Assembly (NCBI RefSeq): GCF_028641065.1
Contig: NC_073415.1
Location: 11,532,001-11,596,000 of the forward strand
Direction: 5' to 3'
DNA from: Leucoraja erinacea
Lineage: Eukaryota
Length of the DNA stretch: 64,000 bases
In this document: positions 23,801 through 38,800 of the stretch, in pieces
How the letters are laid out: every line of letters starts with the position of its first letter
Position numbering within the stretch: position 1 is the stretch's first letter
The notes under the pieces: model-generated
What the model saw: only the letters and a program-made list of their open reading frames with translations
Told to the model about the DNA's origin: nothing
The model's database searches: none
Made by a program: the position numbers and the translations under genes

Positions 23801-26800
23801 CGTGACTTCTCAGGACCCTGGTCAAAAAGTTGCAGACAAATGAGCAAATGAGAGTGCACACAGGATTAAGGATCATCTTCAATTACAGACAGAAACATCA
23901 AGCCAAATTATATTGCATAGGACTCACTGACTATCCTTTTAGCTTACCAGTGACAACATCTGGATGGGAATTGCTGGTGTAGTTAGAATGGGCTTGTAAA
24001 TCACCTTGATCACCACATATTCCTGTGTTCCCCATCCAGATCCCACACACCTGTAACTGCTTGATACCCACACCACAGGCAGAAGCTACCCGTTCAGACC
24101 AGGACAAAAAATAAACTGCAGATGGTGGAGACTGGAAATATACCAGAAATTACTGAAAAAAGAGGGGGAATTCAATCAGCATTCAGCAATTTACTAAAAA
24201 TCACCTTCCCTTGAGCAAGGCAAACATCTGATTCACCTGCGCTTCCAGGGGTGATTTAACTGCTTTTTAACTTATTGTTCTAATCATATCCTCGCAGGTT
24301 GGAAAAAAATAAAAGCTTCATAATACATTTCTCACACTTTCCAAAAGAAATAAAATGCAACTTTCAGTCTTCAATAAAACGATGACTATAGCAATAACTA
24401 AAATTGATTGAGAAATATTTCCATTACAATAAGTTTTTTCCAACTGCAAATCTATGTTTATTTTTAAATACGAATTGATGTAATAGATTGAATAAAAGGC
24501 ATATACTGTATACTAAATTTAGGAGATCTGTGGAGGTAAATATTACAGCTGAGTTAGTAAACTCTATGTTTACAAATCTACCTCCCAAACTGACAGCCAG
24601 ACTCATCTAATCCCAGGGTAGTGATGGGAAGGGAGGCATTTAGGACCGAGTAGGAATAGACATCAATTATTATAAATGTGAATGGTATTTATCTTCCCAT
24701 TTCCATCTACTCTTGCAGGTCAATTTGTTTTAACAACATCCTTCATAACTAGAACGAATTTAAATCCCTTCAAATCAAGTCTTGTGGCTCTTTGCCAAAA
24801 CCAGAAGTGGGAACCAATGTGACTGTGTCCTTCCCCGCTCTCCCTGACCGCTCCCAACCATTGACATGGTCACATTCTCCCACGGCCCAACTGGACGGGA
24901 CTACAACTGCATCATTCCATTCTCATCCATCTCATCAAAGCCTGGGAATCACCTGTAATGGTTTCCTAAATGCTAATACCCTATTCTGTACCAATTGTTC
25001 GTAGCTGTTAGCTTGGCAATTTTTCAAAAATTCATCTATAAATACCCCAAATCGTCTCATTACTGTGCGACAGAGAATAATTTCTACCTCATGACCTTTC
25101 TCCATTCGTGCAATGGATCCAATGCTTCTACTATTTGACAAATGCAACATTCCCCTCATGTCATGAACAACGTTTATTCCTAAACCACCAATACCACTGC
25201 ATGTTCACAAGTGATTTAGCATTCAATGGCTTGTGGGACCAAATATCTTTCAAAGCATTTCTGAACGTGGAAAACGATACTTAGAGCTCCTGCGGAAGTG
25301 ATAGGTTCTAAATGTAAGTTCTTGCTTGTAATTCAAAGCCTACATCTACACTAAGTGTGTATTGGAATGCAACTTGCCTTTGCAACAGCACTAAGTTTAT
25401 CTCACCTCCCTTCCATCAGATAGATGTCTTTCATTACTCATCCAAGTCACAAACATCTTTCAAACTGGATAAAGAAAGTAGCAAAACGAAATTTACGTAG
25501 CACAATTTGAAGATTGGAAAGTAGCACAGCACATTTAGATAACTGCAACCTTCCAATCTCCAAATTGCATTTCCTTGCAGTGTCTTGTGGAATGTAGTCT
25601 CCTAGCACACAGGTTCCCCTTCCACAGTCTGATTTAGTTTGCCATAAATCTACAGTCTATGATTTCATAATAGCACAGCAGGCAGACAGCTATTATAAAG
25701 AATTGGCTTTGTATGGTCTGCAAAAAGACACACAGTAAACAGATAAAAGCACAGTTATTTACCCTTAGCTGAAATGGAGTAATTGTTCGCATTCTGGAAG
25801 AAAAAACAGAGGAAACTGGAAAGGACAAGGAAGGGTGGGCCAGAAGGAATGAGAAAGAATAGAGTTTGAGAGAGTAAGAAGTAAGAAACATAATGCTGAT
25901 ACACAAGCTGACCCCTCTACCCTCTACACTCCAGAGACCATCCATAGAGCTCAGCATCAGCCCCACCTCAATGATACATTAGTATCTTGGCCGCATTGAA
26001 ATTTAGTTCAATTTAAAACAAAAACAATGCTGATTGCAAGCCGACTGGTGTTCAGCCAGAAGCCTAGCCTACTGTTGGTTAAGTGCTCTTTAAACAATCT
26101 AGATAATTGATGCTGTGTTGCAAATCGAACCAGCTGCTCCTGTCGGGTTAATGTCTTTACTTTGATTACATTATAGACAATTTTTCCACTATATTAAATT
26201 CGGTAATGAACAGAGAAGGTACACAGAAATAATGGAATACTTAAACCCCATCTCCGAGAACATTTCAAATTCAGAATAATTATCAATTAAACAAATTATT
26301 GTCACTTTAAGAAACTGGCAATGGAAAATAATATTTGGGAAAATACATTTTCTGATAACAGCTAAATCAAAATAAACCCAAAATACTCCCATCTACTCCA
26401 GTGTGGAAAATAACTGGTTGGGAGATGTATCCCAGGTGATGATTTTGGCAAACACTGCTTGCTATTAGATTGCTTTGACAGGCAAGTGCTGAGAGACTCC
26501 TGAATCATAGGGAACATCATGTCTGAATATCAGTGGGTGGTCATTATATTTCAAGACACATTTTAGTTGTTCCCATCCTGAAAATGAACATCATTGAATC
26601 ATGCTGACTGATACAGCATGTAAACTGGCCCTTCGGCCAACACCGATCAATCACTCGTTCACATTAAGGACAATTTACAGGGGCCAATTAATCTCCAAAT
26701 CCAAGAAGGAATGGTTGACGTTTCCTTCTCTCCAGAGAGGCTGCCTGATCCGCTGAGTTACTCCAGCATTTTGTGTCTATCTTCGATTTAAACCAGCACC

Positions 26801-29800
26801 TGCAGTTCTATCCTACACAACCTCCAAATCCTCAAGCCTTTGGTATGTGTGAAGAATTCACACGGCCATAGGGAGAACGTGCAAACTCCACATACGTAAT
26901 GCCAGAGGTCATGATAGAACTGGGTCTCTGGCACTGTGAAGCAACAGTTCTACCAGCTGCGCCACTATGTTGCCACACATCAGTGGGAATTCAGGTAATT
27001 ACTATCCATCCTGTTCCTGCTCCTGACAGGAAGTTTGGTTTATTGTTACGTGTACCGAGGTACAGCAAAATTCTTTTGTTGTGTGCTAACCAGTCAATGG
27101 AAAGACAACATATTTCGGGACACACAAGAGGCAAGCAAGGTAGCTTTCCTCCAAAAAGGGCAACAGCAAACTTTTGAGTTTTTAAAAACACCAATCCAAG
27201 GGTGTTGTGGACACCATTAGCAAAGACACGATGTCCTGCTGACAATTTCAGATTAACAATTGTGGTGGGTTTTAAACTTGGGTCTCCAAGTTCCCAATCT
27301 TCTAACGTAGCCACTGCACCACCTCATCGCGCACAATTCCGGATAGTGCACATTGGCAAGCAGTCTTGACAACTTTCCTCTCCTTGGTCTTTGCTCACTG
27401 GACACAGGGAAATGGACAGAAAAGGCAGCAGAAGAGAAAGAAACAAGGATGGAGACCTTTTAAAGTGGTAATTTTGTATATAGGGAAATGGAAGATATAG
27501 ACTTTGATGAATGAGCCCCGACCTCAGGCTCCCACCATCCACACGTCACTCTGCTGGATAACTTTTAGGAATTGCTTCATCAATTCCAGTCGGTTATTCC
27601 ATGTCAAATGTCAAAAGGCGTTGGATACACCGATGAATAAGAGTAAGCCAACATTTAATGCTACTACATCAGAAGTTGCAGTTTCAATATCCTGGGTCAC
27701 AATGAAGTTCTCCAGTAATCGCAGGTTCAGTCTGCATTAAAACACTGTTTGATGTAATTGAAAAATAACAATGGCCTACAATTATAAACACAAGGGAAAA
27801 CTCAGACTCCGAGCATCTGCTGAAACTGTAGACGTGACAACAGTTTTAGGTTTAGAAACAGAATTCAAATGCACGGAGATTTGTTATGACATTGTAAGCT
27901 AATAGCTTTAGAGTGGTGCTTCAGCACGCACTGTGCACCAAATGGTATCTGAGCAAGCTGCGCTAATAAGGTTATAAAGAATTCCCAGAGAGGTGCTATT
28001 TTATCAACCTTGTTTCTCAGCCTATATCAGTAATGAGGCATTAGGACCACTGAAATGCTTCAAGTAGCATCCATAAAATAGCATCGAAAATACTTTCCAA
28101 ACAGCACGTCTGTTTTTAAACACTGTTGGCTCTCTATCATAGAGATGGCAGAGAGTATAAATAAAGATGACAGAATGGATAATCAGAGGAATAAATAAGT
28201 GATATTACTTACTTCCCCCATGCTGGGATTATCAGCTTTGTATGCATTCAGTTTATCGTGAATTAGATTTGCCAGGGCTGCATTCATATCTGGGCCCCTA
28301 AAGAAACAAATTAAAAAAACAAATCATAACTCAAGCAATTAGCTTGCTGCAAGTTTTAAAAAACAGAGTGGCTGAGGGCAAGAGGGGATAACATTACGTC
28401 CAAACATTATAGTTTGTCAAAGAGGGGAAATCAAGAAGGCTACAGGATGCTTCATCACACAATGCTTTAGCTGCAGGAATCAAAACAGTGATACACTACT
28501 CATACAAACATCACTGCTGAATTCTAGTTGTGGTCAGTGAACAGTCAACAAGTAAAAGCAGCTTAAATATGATGCTTTCAGCCTTTAAAACAAGCATTGC
28601 TCCTCATTTGATGCACCCATGCTCTCAACTTCTCTATTTCAATCATTTTCGTCTCAAAGTCATTCAGCATGAAAACAGGCCGATCAGCCCACGGGGTCCA
28701 TGCTATCAACCACCTAATCTTCACTAATGCTCCACTAAACCCCATTCTATGTAGGACGAAACTGCAGATGCTGATTTACACTGAAGATAGACACAAAATG
28801 CTGGAGTTACTCAGCAGGACAGGCAGCATCTCTGGATATTACTCCAGCATTTTGTGTCTATCTTAATGCTGTGTCTAATTAATCCCATTAATTTATTTGC
28901 TTATTTTATATTACACAATGGCAAATTCTTCCAAGGTTTAGAACCTAGGAATTATTTTTCTCAAAAGACTAACTGCTCCAATTATCTGTTAACATTTACT
29001 TAGGCACTGGAAGTTTGTAAAACAAAACAATCAAAAACACTATATTACTCAGTGGACACAAAATGCTGGAGTAACTCAGCGGGACAGGCAGCATCTCTGG
29101 AGAGAAGGAATGGGTGACGTTTTGAGTCAAGACCCTTCTTCAGACTGAAAGTCACAGGAAAGGGCAACAAGAGATGTAGTCGATCATGTTGGAAGATAAA
29201 GAACAATGAATGAAAGATATGCAAACATGCAACGATGATAAAGGAAACAGGCTATTGCTAGCTGTTTGTTGGGTGAAAACGAGAAGCTGGTGCGACTTTG
29301 GTGGGGATGGGATAGAGAGAGAGTGTGACTTGGGTGGTTCCTTCCTACTCATTGTTTACTCTGAGTTTAAGGAGCACTTGAAGAGATCAGGTGCTTAGCA
29401 GAAAATAATGCTTTTGATAGCACAGCTAACAACTGTAGACCAGGAGGAAGCAATACTATCAAATCTCAGGATTAGAACTAAAAGCCAATATATGTTGGAA
29501 GGAACTGTAGATGCTGGTTTACACCAAAGATGGGCATAAAATGCTGGAGTAACTCAGCGGGACAGGCAGAATTTCTGGAGAGAAGGAATGGATGACGTTT
29601 CGGGTCAAAATTAGAATCTGAAGAAAGAATTGCATGGGCCTTTGTACCTCAATATAGTGGGCCATGGCACCTGACTTGGCAGAAAGCAAACATCGATGGC
29701 AATGAGATTTCTGAACATGCTTACTTTCTATATCTCACAGCTGGATATTCCTTCAGAGTCTCACACAATGTTGCTATCTGTTCAGCCATACTCTCCAGCA

Positions 29801-32800
29801 AGGTGCTGTTGCTATTTGCCGCGTGAGAGTTGAAGAGGTGATGAAATGATTCCATTGAATCGAGCGAGTACACCTTTTGGAGATTACACACACAGAACAT
29901 GGATCAGTCAAGAGAATTAATGCGGAGACCTTTTAACAAAAAATGAAAGTGTACTGTTGACATTGCAATATTTTTTTAAATGGAACGCAAAAATATTCTG
30001 TAGTATATCCAGGATAATTCATTTCAGAAGTTTAGTTTAGTACTGCATTTAAAAAAACAAAACAAATACAATTGTCCCTAGAGTGTGTAGGATAGTGTTA
30101 ATGTGCGGGGATCGCTGGTCGGCGCGGACTCGGTGGGCCAAAGGGCCTGTTTCCGCGCTACATCTCTAAACTAAACAAAACTTGTGCTGATGAAATGAAA
30201 TCCGTACTGCTGCTTTGTGATAGGTCCCCAAAATGAATTACTCACAACCAAAATACTGCAGAACGCTATCGTTTTGGCTGCACAATGCATTTACAGATAC
30301 ATTAAAGTGTTTGATTGGGATAGAAACAAGAAAATAACAACTGTAATAACGTTATGAAGTCAAATCGCATTAAAAAAATTTAAATGCTGCAGTTGTCTGA
30401 ATGAACATTGCTAATTTGTTAATCACTACAAGGCGTCACTTTTAACTTTGTTGTAGAAAAAAACACAAAAGGCAGGTCATCAGTGTGAAATATATTTCAA
30501 TTTAACTCAAAATGAAGAGACATTAGTGGAGAATGTGACTATCTTTCATCCACACATCCTGCAGCATCAGAAATAGTACACAAATCAATACTGATTCAGG
30601 TATGCTTACTGCAGTTACTCACTTGGGATTCAAGAGGAAGAAAAGATGCATGTATTTCTTTGAGAGTCTTGATTACTTTTGTACATCGTGATTTTCCAAG
30701 CTCAGTAAACAAGGACTCGGGGCAGGCTGCGAGATGGAATTATCAATGAAATACAAAAACAAATATTCCGATTAATGCTTATCCTAATATTTCAGGTAGA
30801 TTACATCTATTGGTGCAAAGATGCAACAGAATAACAGCAAGTCCAGTACTCAAAAAGTACCCCGCACTGCCCACTCCGTTTCCTTTCTGAAATCCACACA
30901 CAGGATTGTCCCGGCTGAGCCATTGTTTTACCTGCTGCTGTCCACGAACCCATCTTGACATACCGTGATCCTTCCTATCCCTCTTGCTCAGTCCCCTCCT
31001 GATTGGGAGTCGAGAGGGAAAGATAGATCAGCCATGACTGAATGGTGCAGTAGACTTGATGGACCGAATGGCCTAATTCTGCTCCTTTGGTGCCTTCCCT
31101 CACAGTAGGAAACTTTGATTCTGCTGTGTGGGGATGTCTATGTTAGAGACTATTGTGTTCTGTGCTCTTTTTTATTCGTATGGCTGTATGGTGCCCACAA
31201 TTTTCACTGTACCAATTGGTACATGTGACAATAAATGTCTTGTCTCTTGTCTACAACTTATGAACTTGCATTAACTCATTGGAAAAGAGCAACTTGGGCT
31301 ATGTAGGTCCTACATAAAAGGACAATGTCAGCACTTAAAACAGGACTGCACTGAATACAATATTTCTGCATGTCTTTATTAAAATGTATAACAAGCACAT
31401 TTTAATTAAGTTTAGAAATATCAGGCCATCTGTTTTCTGAAGTAGAAACACATCAACTCCAGAGATATATTATTTTCCTGGCCTTCCACATGTTGTGATC
31501 CTAATACTCCAATCCCATGAAAAATTATATTGGGCTCTGCCTCAACTGCATATGTAATAACTATTCCATTCTCTCAAAGATGATATATAGTTTCAATGAT
31601 CTAAAAACCATATTAGCATTAGAAATACATGTCCTTCTTCCACCAAACATAAAAGGACAAGCATATTGTATTAAAAACATTTGCACAGGTAGCCACATTC
31701 CAGAATCAATATTACAAAGTATTGAGAATTGCCACTTGCATATTTAAATTAGTTTTAGTTCAGATGAGCTTGTGCAACACAATCAAGAAAACTTTAATAC
31801 TCACTGTCAGTGAAGAATACGTGAGCTGCTTTGTACATAAACGTTGGTGTGTCTTTGAAGTCATTAATCAGGGCCCGCACGGACTAAAAGGAGGAAATAA
31901 TAGAATTCAGGACAAAAAGACAGATGCAAACTTTGCTCATGTTGTACTGAGAATGGCTACGAGTCATGGCTACGGGATACTGAGTTGGATGATCAGCCAT
32001 GATCATATTGAATGGCGGTGTAGGCTCGAAGGGCCGAATGGCCTACTCCTGCACCTAATTTCTATGTTTCTATGAGTCATTGGGGCACTTTAGTTTAGTT
32101 AAGGCACTTGGCTGGCATTGCAAAGATTGAACATTCTAATCATATAGGGCTGCACAAGATATCCGCCATATTATTGTCTAAATCCACAGGTTTTCCTGAT
32201 TACCTCAGTCGGTGTACATCTTTCATCAGAACACCATTGAGACCCAATTTATCATAACCCATCTTTCCTTTTACAATACTAACTCAGTTTCAGTTTAGTT
32301 TGTTGTCATGTGTACCAAGGTTTTTTTTAAAGCTTTTGTTTTAAAGGAGCCATTGAACCCAGAAGAAGGAGATTTATGTTAAGTTCAATCAAAAGACCCA
32401 CCAAAGAATGCGACCATACCAGTGTAGAAAAACAAACTTATCTAGCAGGTTACTATTAATCCCTGCACTCGTGTTATCAGCTCCCAGAATCAGGATCATA
32501 AAACAAGATTGCTGTACACAGTGCAACAAAAAGCCGAGCAAAACAAGCACATATTTTTGTTGCCTACATTCACAATCATTAATCTGCAATAATCAGAATA
32601 CAAAACCAATTTAAAAGCCTTCAAGGACAGTTCCTCCAAAGTGCATACAATTTGCACTGTGATTTGGTACAACCCAATTTATTTAAGCAACAAAAAGTGG
32701 CAACATTCTTACATTGATAGGTTCTGTACAGAACAGAATGTTTGTCATTCGTTCAAGAACTAGTGGACAGATAGATTGGGTAACACAGATCAAATTATAT

Positions 32801-35800
32801 TGGATACTCACATATAACGTGGCAATAAACTAACCAACCACTAACTAAAGGGAGATATTTGTTTATTGTATTCTACCCGCAAGTGCCAAGTATTAAAGTT
32901 TCAATGATGTAGTAAGATAGATAATAAATTATAGATTATACCAAAGATAGAAAATGCTGGTGTAACTCAGGAGGTCAGGCAGCATCATTGGAGAACATGG
33001 ATAGGGATGCTTAGGGTCGGGTCTGAAAAAAGGTCCCGACCTGAAATGTTGCACATCCTGTCCATATTCTCCAGGGTACTGCCTGGCCAACAGAGTTACT
33101 CCAGCAGTTTGTGTCTTTCACAGGATAGCTAAATGTGTAAGCAGACCACATAAATCCACTGCTGAAAATATTCCATGTAATGCAGCTGAAGGGTCCAAAC
33201 TGGTCAGCTGCTCCTGGAGGTACCGAGGTCTAGTCGGAGGCTCAGAGGGGATATAGTCTTCTCTGTTGCTGCTCCGGCACTCTGGAACACCCTGCCATTG
33301 CACATCAGACAGGCCCCCTCACTGTTCATCTTCAAATCCAGTGTTAAAACACATTTGTACTCCCTGGCTTTTGACCGTGCCTGAGGCTTTGCTTCTGTTT
33401 GTGGTGTTTTTGATGTTTCTTTATTTTACATGTCTTTTCCTACTATTTCTTTTGATTGTTATTTTTGGTGTGTATTAACTTTTTTGTCAATGATTAGTGA
33501 TGTACAGCACTTTGTTGCAGCTATGTTTGTTTTTAAAGTGCTCTATAAATAAAATTATTATTATTATTAAACAATGATACAGTGAAGGCACCAACTGATC
33601 AAATACAGCAATCAGTTATTCAGCTGAAAGTAGAATTTCATTTCTCAAACCTTACAGCTCGGTGTACTTTGAATGTCCATTGTAATATTTAATCTTGCCT
33701 ATTTTTCACCTGATAATTATTTCACATCTTCTGTAGAGAAGAATTCATCACCCTCAATACCCCAAGAATAATTTAGCATTACAAACATGTTGAAGCTGAT
33801 TATATTGCTTACTAAATCTAATAATATAAATGGCTTTTGGCATTCAAGTGCACCACATCCAGCAACGACCAGGCAGAAAAACAAATTTGCTAATCCCTGC
33901 CCAACCTGTCTTTCAGACGTAACCTAAAGTTGAACAACTGATTTACAACAAGAAATTGCATTTAAATGTAGGGGAAAAAATGAGGCGCCAGAAGAGTGGC
34001 ACAGTTGCGGAACGGTAGAGTTGCTGCCCTTACAGCGCTGGAGACCCAGGTCCGTTCCCGACTATGGGATCTGTCTGTATGGAGTTTGTACGTTCTCCCC
34101 ATGATCGCGAGGGTTTTTTCCGAGATCTTTCATTTCCTCCCACATTCCAAAGATGTACCGCGGTGTTTGTCGGTTAATTGGCTTGGTATAAGTGTAAATT
34201 GTCCATAGTGTGTGTAGGATAGTGTTAATGTGTGGGGGATCGCTGGTCGGCGCGGTCCCCGTTGGCTGAAGGGCGCTGTAACTCTAAACTACACTATGAA
34301 GACAAAAGAAAAATCAAAATCAAGTTCAAATTGGATATCTGGTCATTCATGAGGGTGTCGCTGATAGTTCTACTTGACGATTGTCTATACCCCCCCCCCC
34401 CACCGCCCAAAATTATTTTCACACAAAAACAATTAATCTGGAACTGTGGCAGTACCATTTAAAAAAAAATCTACATAATTAACAAAAAATTAAACTGCAG
34501 ATTCTGAAAATCTGAAAAAAGGGGAAATTGCTGGAGACACTCTCAGGTGAGGAAGTGAATGTTGAAAGAGAAAGAGGTAAAGTTTCAGGCTGAACACCTT
34601 CAACATTCCCTCTGATGGAGCAGCAATTCATTTGTATCTCACCCAATCTACAGAGCAGCATTCGGTGCTCGCGATGTGCCTTCTCTCTTTGGCAGAGAAG
34701 GAACCCCAATCACTTGTCACTTTGCCACTTTAATTCTCCAAACCATTCCCACACCCGTCGACTTTTGATTTCCCACAGCGTTCCAATGAAACCCAGTGTC
34801 GGTTTGTGGAACAGCACCTCATCTCTCATTCAGCCCTCAATGAATTCAGATATTTCATAATACTTTTCCCCGCTATGTGTCATGTGCCAGGATGTTGCAA
34901 AATGAACCATTTGCACCACAGAATTTCTGTGTGTACATGTGTGGGTGTGTGTGTGTATGCAGGTATACGGGGGGGGGGGGAGGGGAAGAGCGTGCCCCAC
35001 CCGGAGTGGAGGGGCCGCGTGAGGGAGGGCAAAGAACAAGGGACAATGGGGAGGGAGGGGAGGTGAAGGGAGGGGGAGAAAGATTGGACAATGGGGATCC
35101 GGCGTGGGGGAACTGCTGGGGAGAGGGATAGTGAACAAGGGAGGAGTCGGCACACCTTATAACTTTGTCAGCTACGTAGACTGGTTAGGAGTTCCACATG
35201 CTTGATAATCACACCTGTGAAGTGCTTTGAGCACTAACTTACCCACTTTAACTAGCTCAAGTGACTACTGCACGTACGCACTTATCAGCAGCAATGTGAT
35301 GCAGTGGATTTCTCTATCCAATACAAACAGAATTTCCTGGATTTAACTATGTAATTACAGTACAAATGAAACCTATTGAATGCCCTCTCGAGGAGAGCAC
35401 TGTGACTTTTGTTCTAGGGAGTGGAGGTTCTTTTTTAGGCAAATATAAGAGCATATAAATTGCAGAGCTCTATTGTACACAGAGCACACTGAAATAACCA
35501 CAATGGTATGTGTGGTAATACAGAGTGTTTATACTTGCAGCCTGCACTCAGCACATGCCTTTTCTGATGGCGTGATCAAGTAAATAGCTTCCAAACTTGG
35601 AATTGGTTCCCTCCGTTTATTGATATCTTCGACAACTGGAATAAAAAAAGGGATCAAATGAAGTAACAGTTCTAAGAATCACGACATGCTCCAACTTCTG
35701 TGCAGGAAACTACTAAAATGCTAAATACATTCTATATTATTGTTAGTGGAGCAGATGAAATGTACAAGAGGGAAGTCTGAAGAAGGGTCTTGACCCCCTA

Positions 35801-38800
35801 GTGTCACCCATCTCCTCTCTCCAGAGATGCTGCCTGTCCTGCTGAGTTACTCCAGCATTTTGCGTCTATCTTCCATATTATTGTTAGCATTATTATTGTT
35901 ATCTTCCATATTAATGTATTTTATTACATAATAGCTAGGGAGCAAATGTTTGCTGATTAGAAATGAATTGTGATGTTAATATTTCACAGCAGTATAAAGG
36001 AATACTGATTGACTTATAACCATATAATAACCATATAACAATTACAGCACGGAAACAGGCCATCTCGGCCCTACAAGTCCGTGCCGAGCAATTATTTTCC
36101 CTTAGTCCCACCTGCCTGCACTCATACCATAACCCTCCATTCCCTTCTCATCCATATGCCTATCCAATTTATTTTTAAATGATACCAACGAACCTGCCTC
36201 CACCACTTCCTGGCAGAAATCATGCACCAACTTTATTGAGGGAAAATATCAACATTAATTGTAACTTTGAAAAAAAATTGACACTCCTGCAGCATCCTAA
36301 ATTTAAAACTGTTGTGAACAGTATAAATACGTCCATCACTCTGCTCCTTTTTAAAATGTTGTGCAACATTGAAGTATGTAATCAGCCTGTTTTGACTTTT
36401 ACATTGTGACTCAATTTACTTTATTAAATTATAGCCAGAAGCAATAGTTCAATAAGTGTGTTTTCTGCAGGGATAACCATGGCAATTTGGTATAAGATGC
36501 AAAACTAGGAATCAAATTAACAACAAATAAATGGGAAGTTTGTAATGATGTTTTATAGATTAATAGTAACTGCTGCATAAACACAAGATTGCTCTCTCTG
36601 GTGTTGGATGCGGAGCGAGACCTGATAACAGTATATACAACTGCTTTTTGGCATAGATATGGTAGACAGTCACAATCATGTTCCCACTGGATGGAAATGT
36701 GGCAAACGAGAGGGCACAGCTTTAAGGTGAGAGGGGCACAGGGGCGGGCCGGGCGGGGGAGGACGAGGAGATGGAGACGGAGACGCATACGGAGAGAGAC
36801 ACACACACGTGCCAGGAATGGTGGTGGACACAGATACGATGTTGGCATTTAAGAGGCTTTTAGATTGGCACATGAATATACAGGGAATGGAGGGTTTGGA
36901 TCGCATGCAGGCAGAGCGGATTAACCTGCCATCATTTTGAACATGGATATGATGGGTCAAAGGGCTTGTTCCAGTGCGATACTGTTCCATGTTCAGTGTT
37001 AATTTTAGAGGTAAAATGTATTCATATCTAAAATGAGCATTTGCCAAGTTAAATACAAATTTGTTGCCGGAAATACCTCCATCGCTCTCAGTGGGATGTC
37101 GTTCGGGCAAAGTGAGTTGTGGAATGAGTCATGATTGTAAAAGTTCCTTTTTCAATTGACAAGATTATGCACTGCACTTCAACAGCCTGCTCTTGAACTG
37201 CATCTTAGTTATGAAGTCGGGTCAAGTGTTGTATTGTAGCTCTGCTCTACTTACTGGTTATGCCTTCCGCCATTATGTCTGACATCTTGCAGCAGGAAGA
37301 CAGGATCCTCATGCTCAGGTGATCCACCAGTAGCACCTAGTAAAGGTTGAGACAAATTCAAAACCAAGCGCAAATTGAAACTTCACATTTTTTAAATAAA
37401 AGTGTAAATGTAGCCAAAGCATCCTGAGAAGGAAGGAGGAGACTGGTGTTTACATGCAGTGAAAGGCCTGAAATTACATTGACATCAAAATCTGAAGGTT
37501 TTTGTGCTCAATATTGAATTGATCAATTTTGGTTAACTCACTGTCATTAAACTCCACCATAACCCAATATCAGACTTTTGTTGCCCCACTTCCAAATTCT
37601 ACAATATTTACACCGGCGTGGTGTAAATGAATGAATGAAAAAACCCAATGGCCAAAAGCAGCCCATAATGATCTGCCCCCACGCCAAAGCGTTCACACCT
37701 TCTCCATTCCAACTGCAGTCACAAACCTTCCATTCGCCGTCCTTCTTCAAATTCTTGATGACTCCAGTTAAAATTTCTACGAGAGAAACAAAAAAGATCC
37801 AGTTAAGTTTGCCAAAAACTGAAGTAATGGGCACATTTCTAATTTTGCAATGAGGAGACGGGCAATGTCAAAACAATCATGGAGGGTTGGGGCTGTGTTA
37901 TATTCTTAACATTATAAAACCTTACAAATCTACTCAATTAGATCTAAATACAGAAATTTCAATGTGCAAATAACCCTCAAGAAATTGCGATACAGGCCCT
38001 GAGCATTCGCCTAAAAGAGGAAATATTTTTTAACTAACAGAATCAGCAAAAGTAAAACCAATTATTTTACAAAAATTGTGCTTGTGCACATTATAATCTG
38101 TTTTGTACACATGGAGGAGGATGAAGGGCTTTTGCTAGTTGCAGTATAAACCAGTCACAAATAGCTATGAAAAGATACTCAAATTGGAGATCAAATTACA
38201 TTAGTGACAAAAGATGGACAAAATGTTGGAGTAACTCAGTGGGTCAGGCAGCATCTCTGGAGGAAAGGAATAGGTGATAGAAGTTTCAGGTCAGAACTCT
38301 TCTTCAGACTGAAAGATAGAGAAGGCTTTCCATTAGAGACTGGTCACACAGCATGGAAACAGGCCCCTTATACAACACAGGACACAAAGTGTTAGAGTAT
38401 CTCGCACCTATCCTTGTTCCCCAGAGATGCTATCTGACCTGCTGAGTTACTCCAGCGCTATATGTCCTTTTCTACACATCTCACTGCCCACAACAATTGC
38501 CAGGGTCCCACTATTTTCTATTACTGTACAAGCCCTGCCCTGATTTGACTTACCAAAATACAACCAAATGTCCCCAGCACCTGTTCTAACTTGCACTAAA
38601 CTTCATTCATCCCTCCACTGCCATGCTTCTTGACCTACTGAACAATGCCTTCATTTTAAAATACCTACCAGGTGTCACCACTATCTAATTTCCTAACCCG
38701 AATGTGTGCATCTTTATCATTCCTCATCGCTCAGTTATCACAATCAAGATCTTTAAACATTCCTTTGTTTACAATACACCCTTTAAAAATTACCGTGACA

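Noticed and set aside
34960-35150. G-rich purine tract with overlapping ORFs and G-quadruplex potential
   Set aside because: Low-complexity sequence beside a decayed element; no evidence of function.
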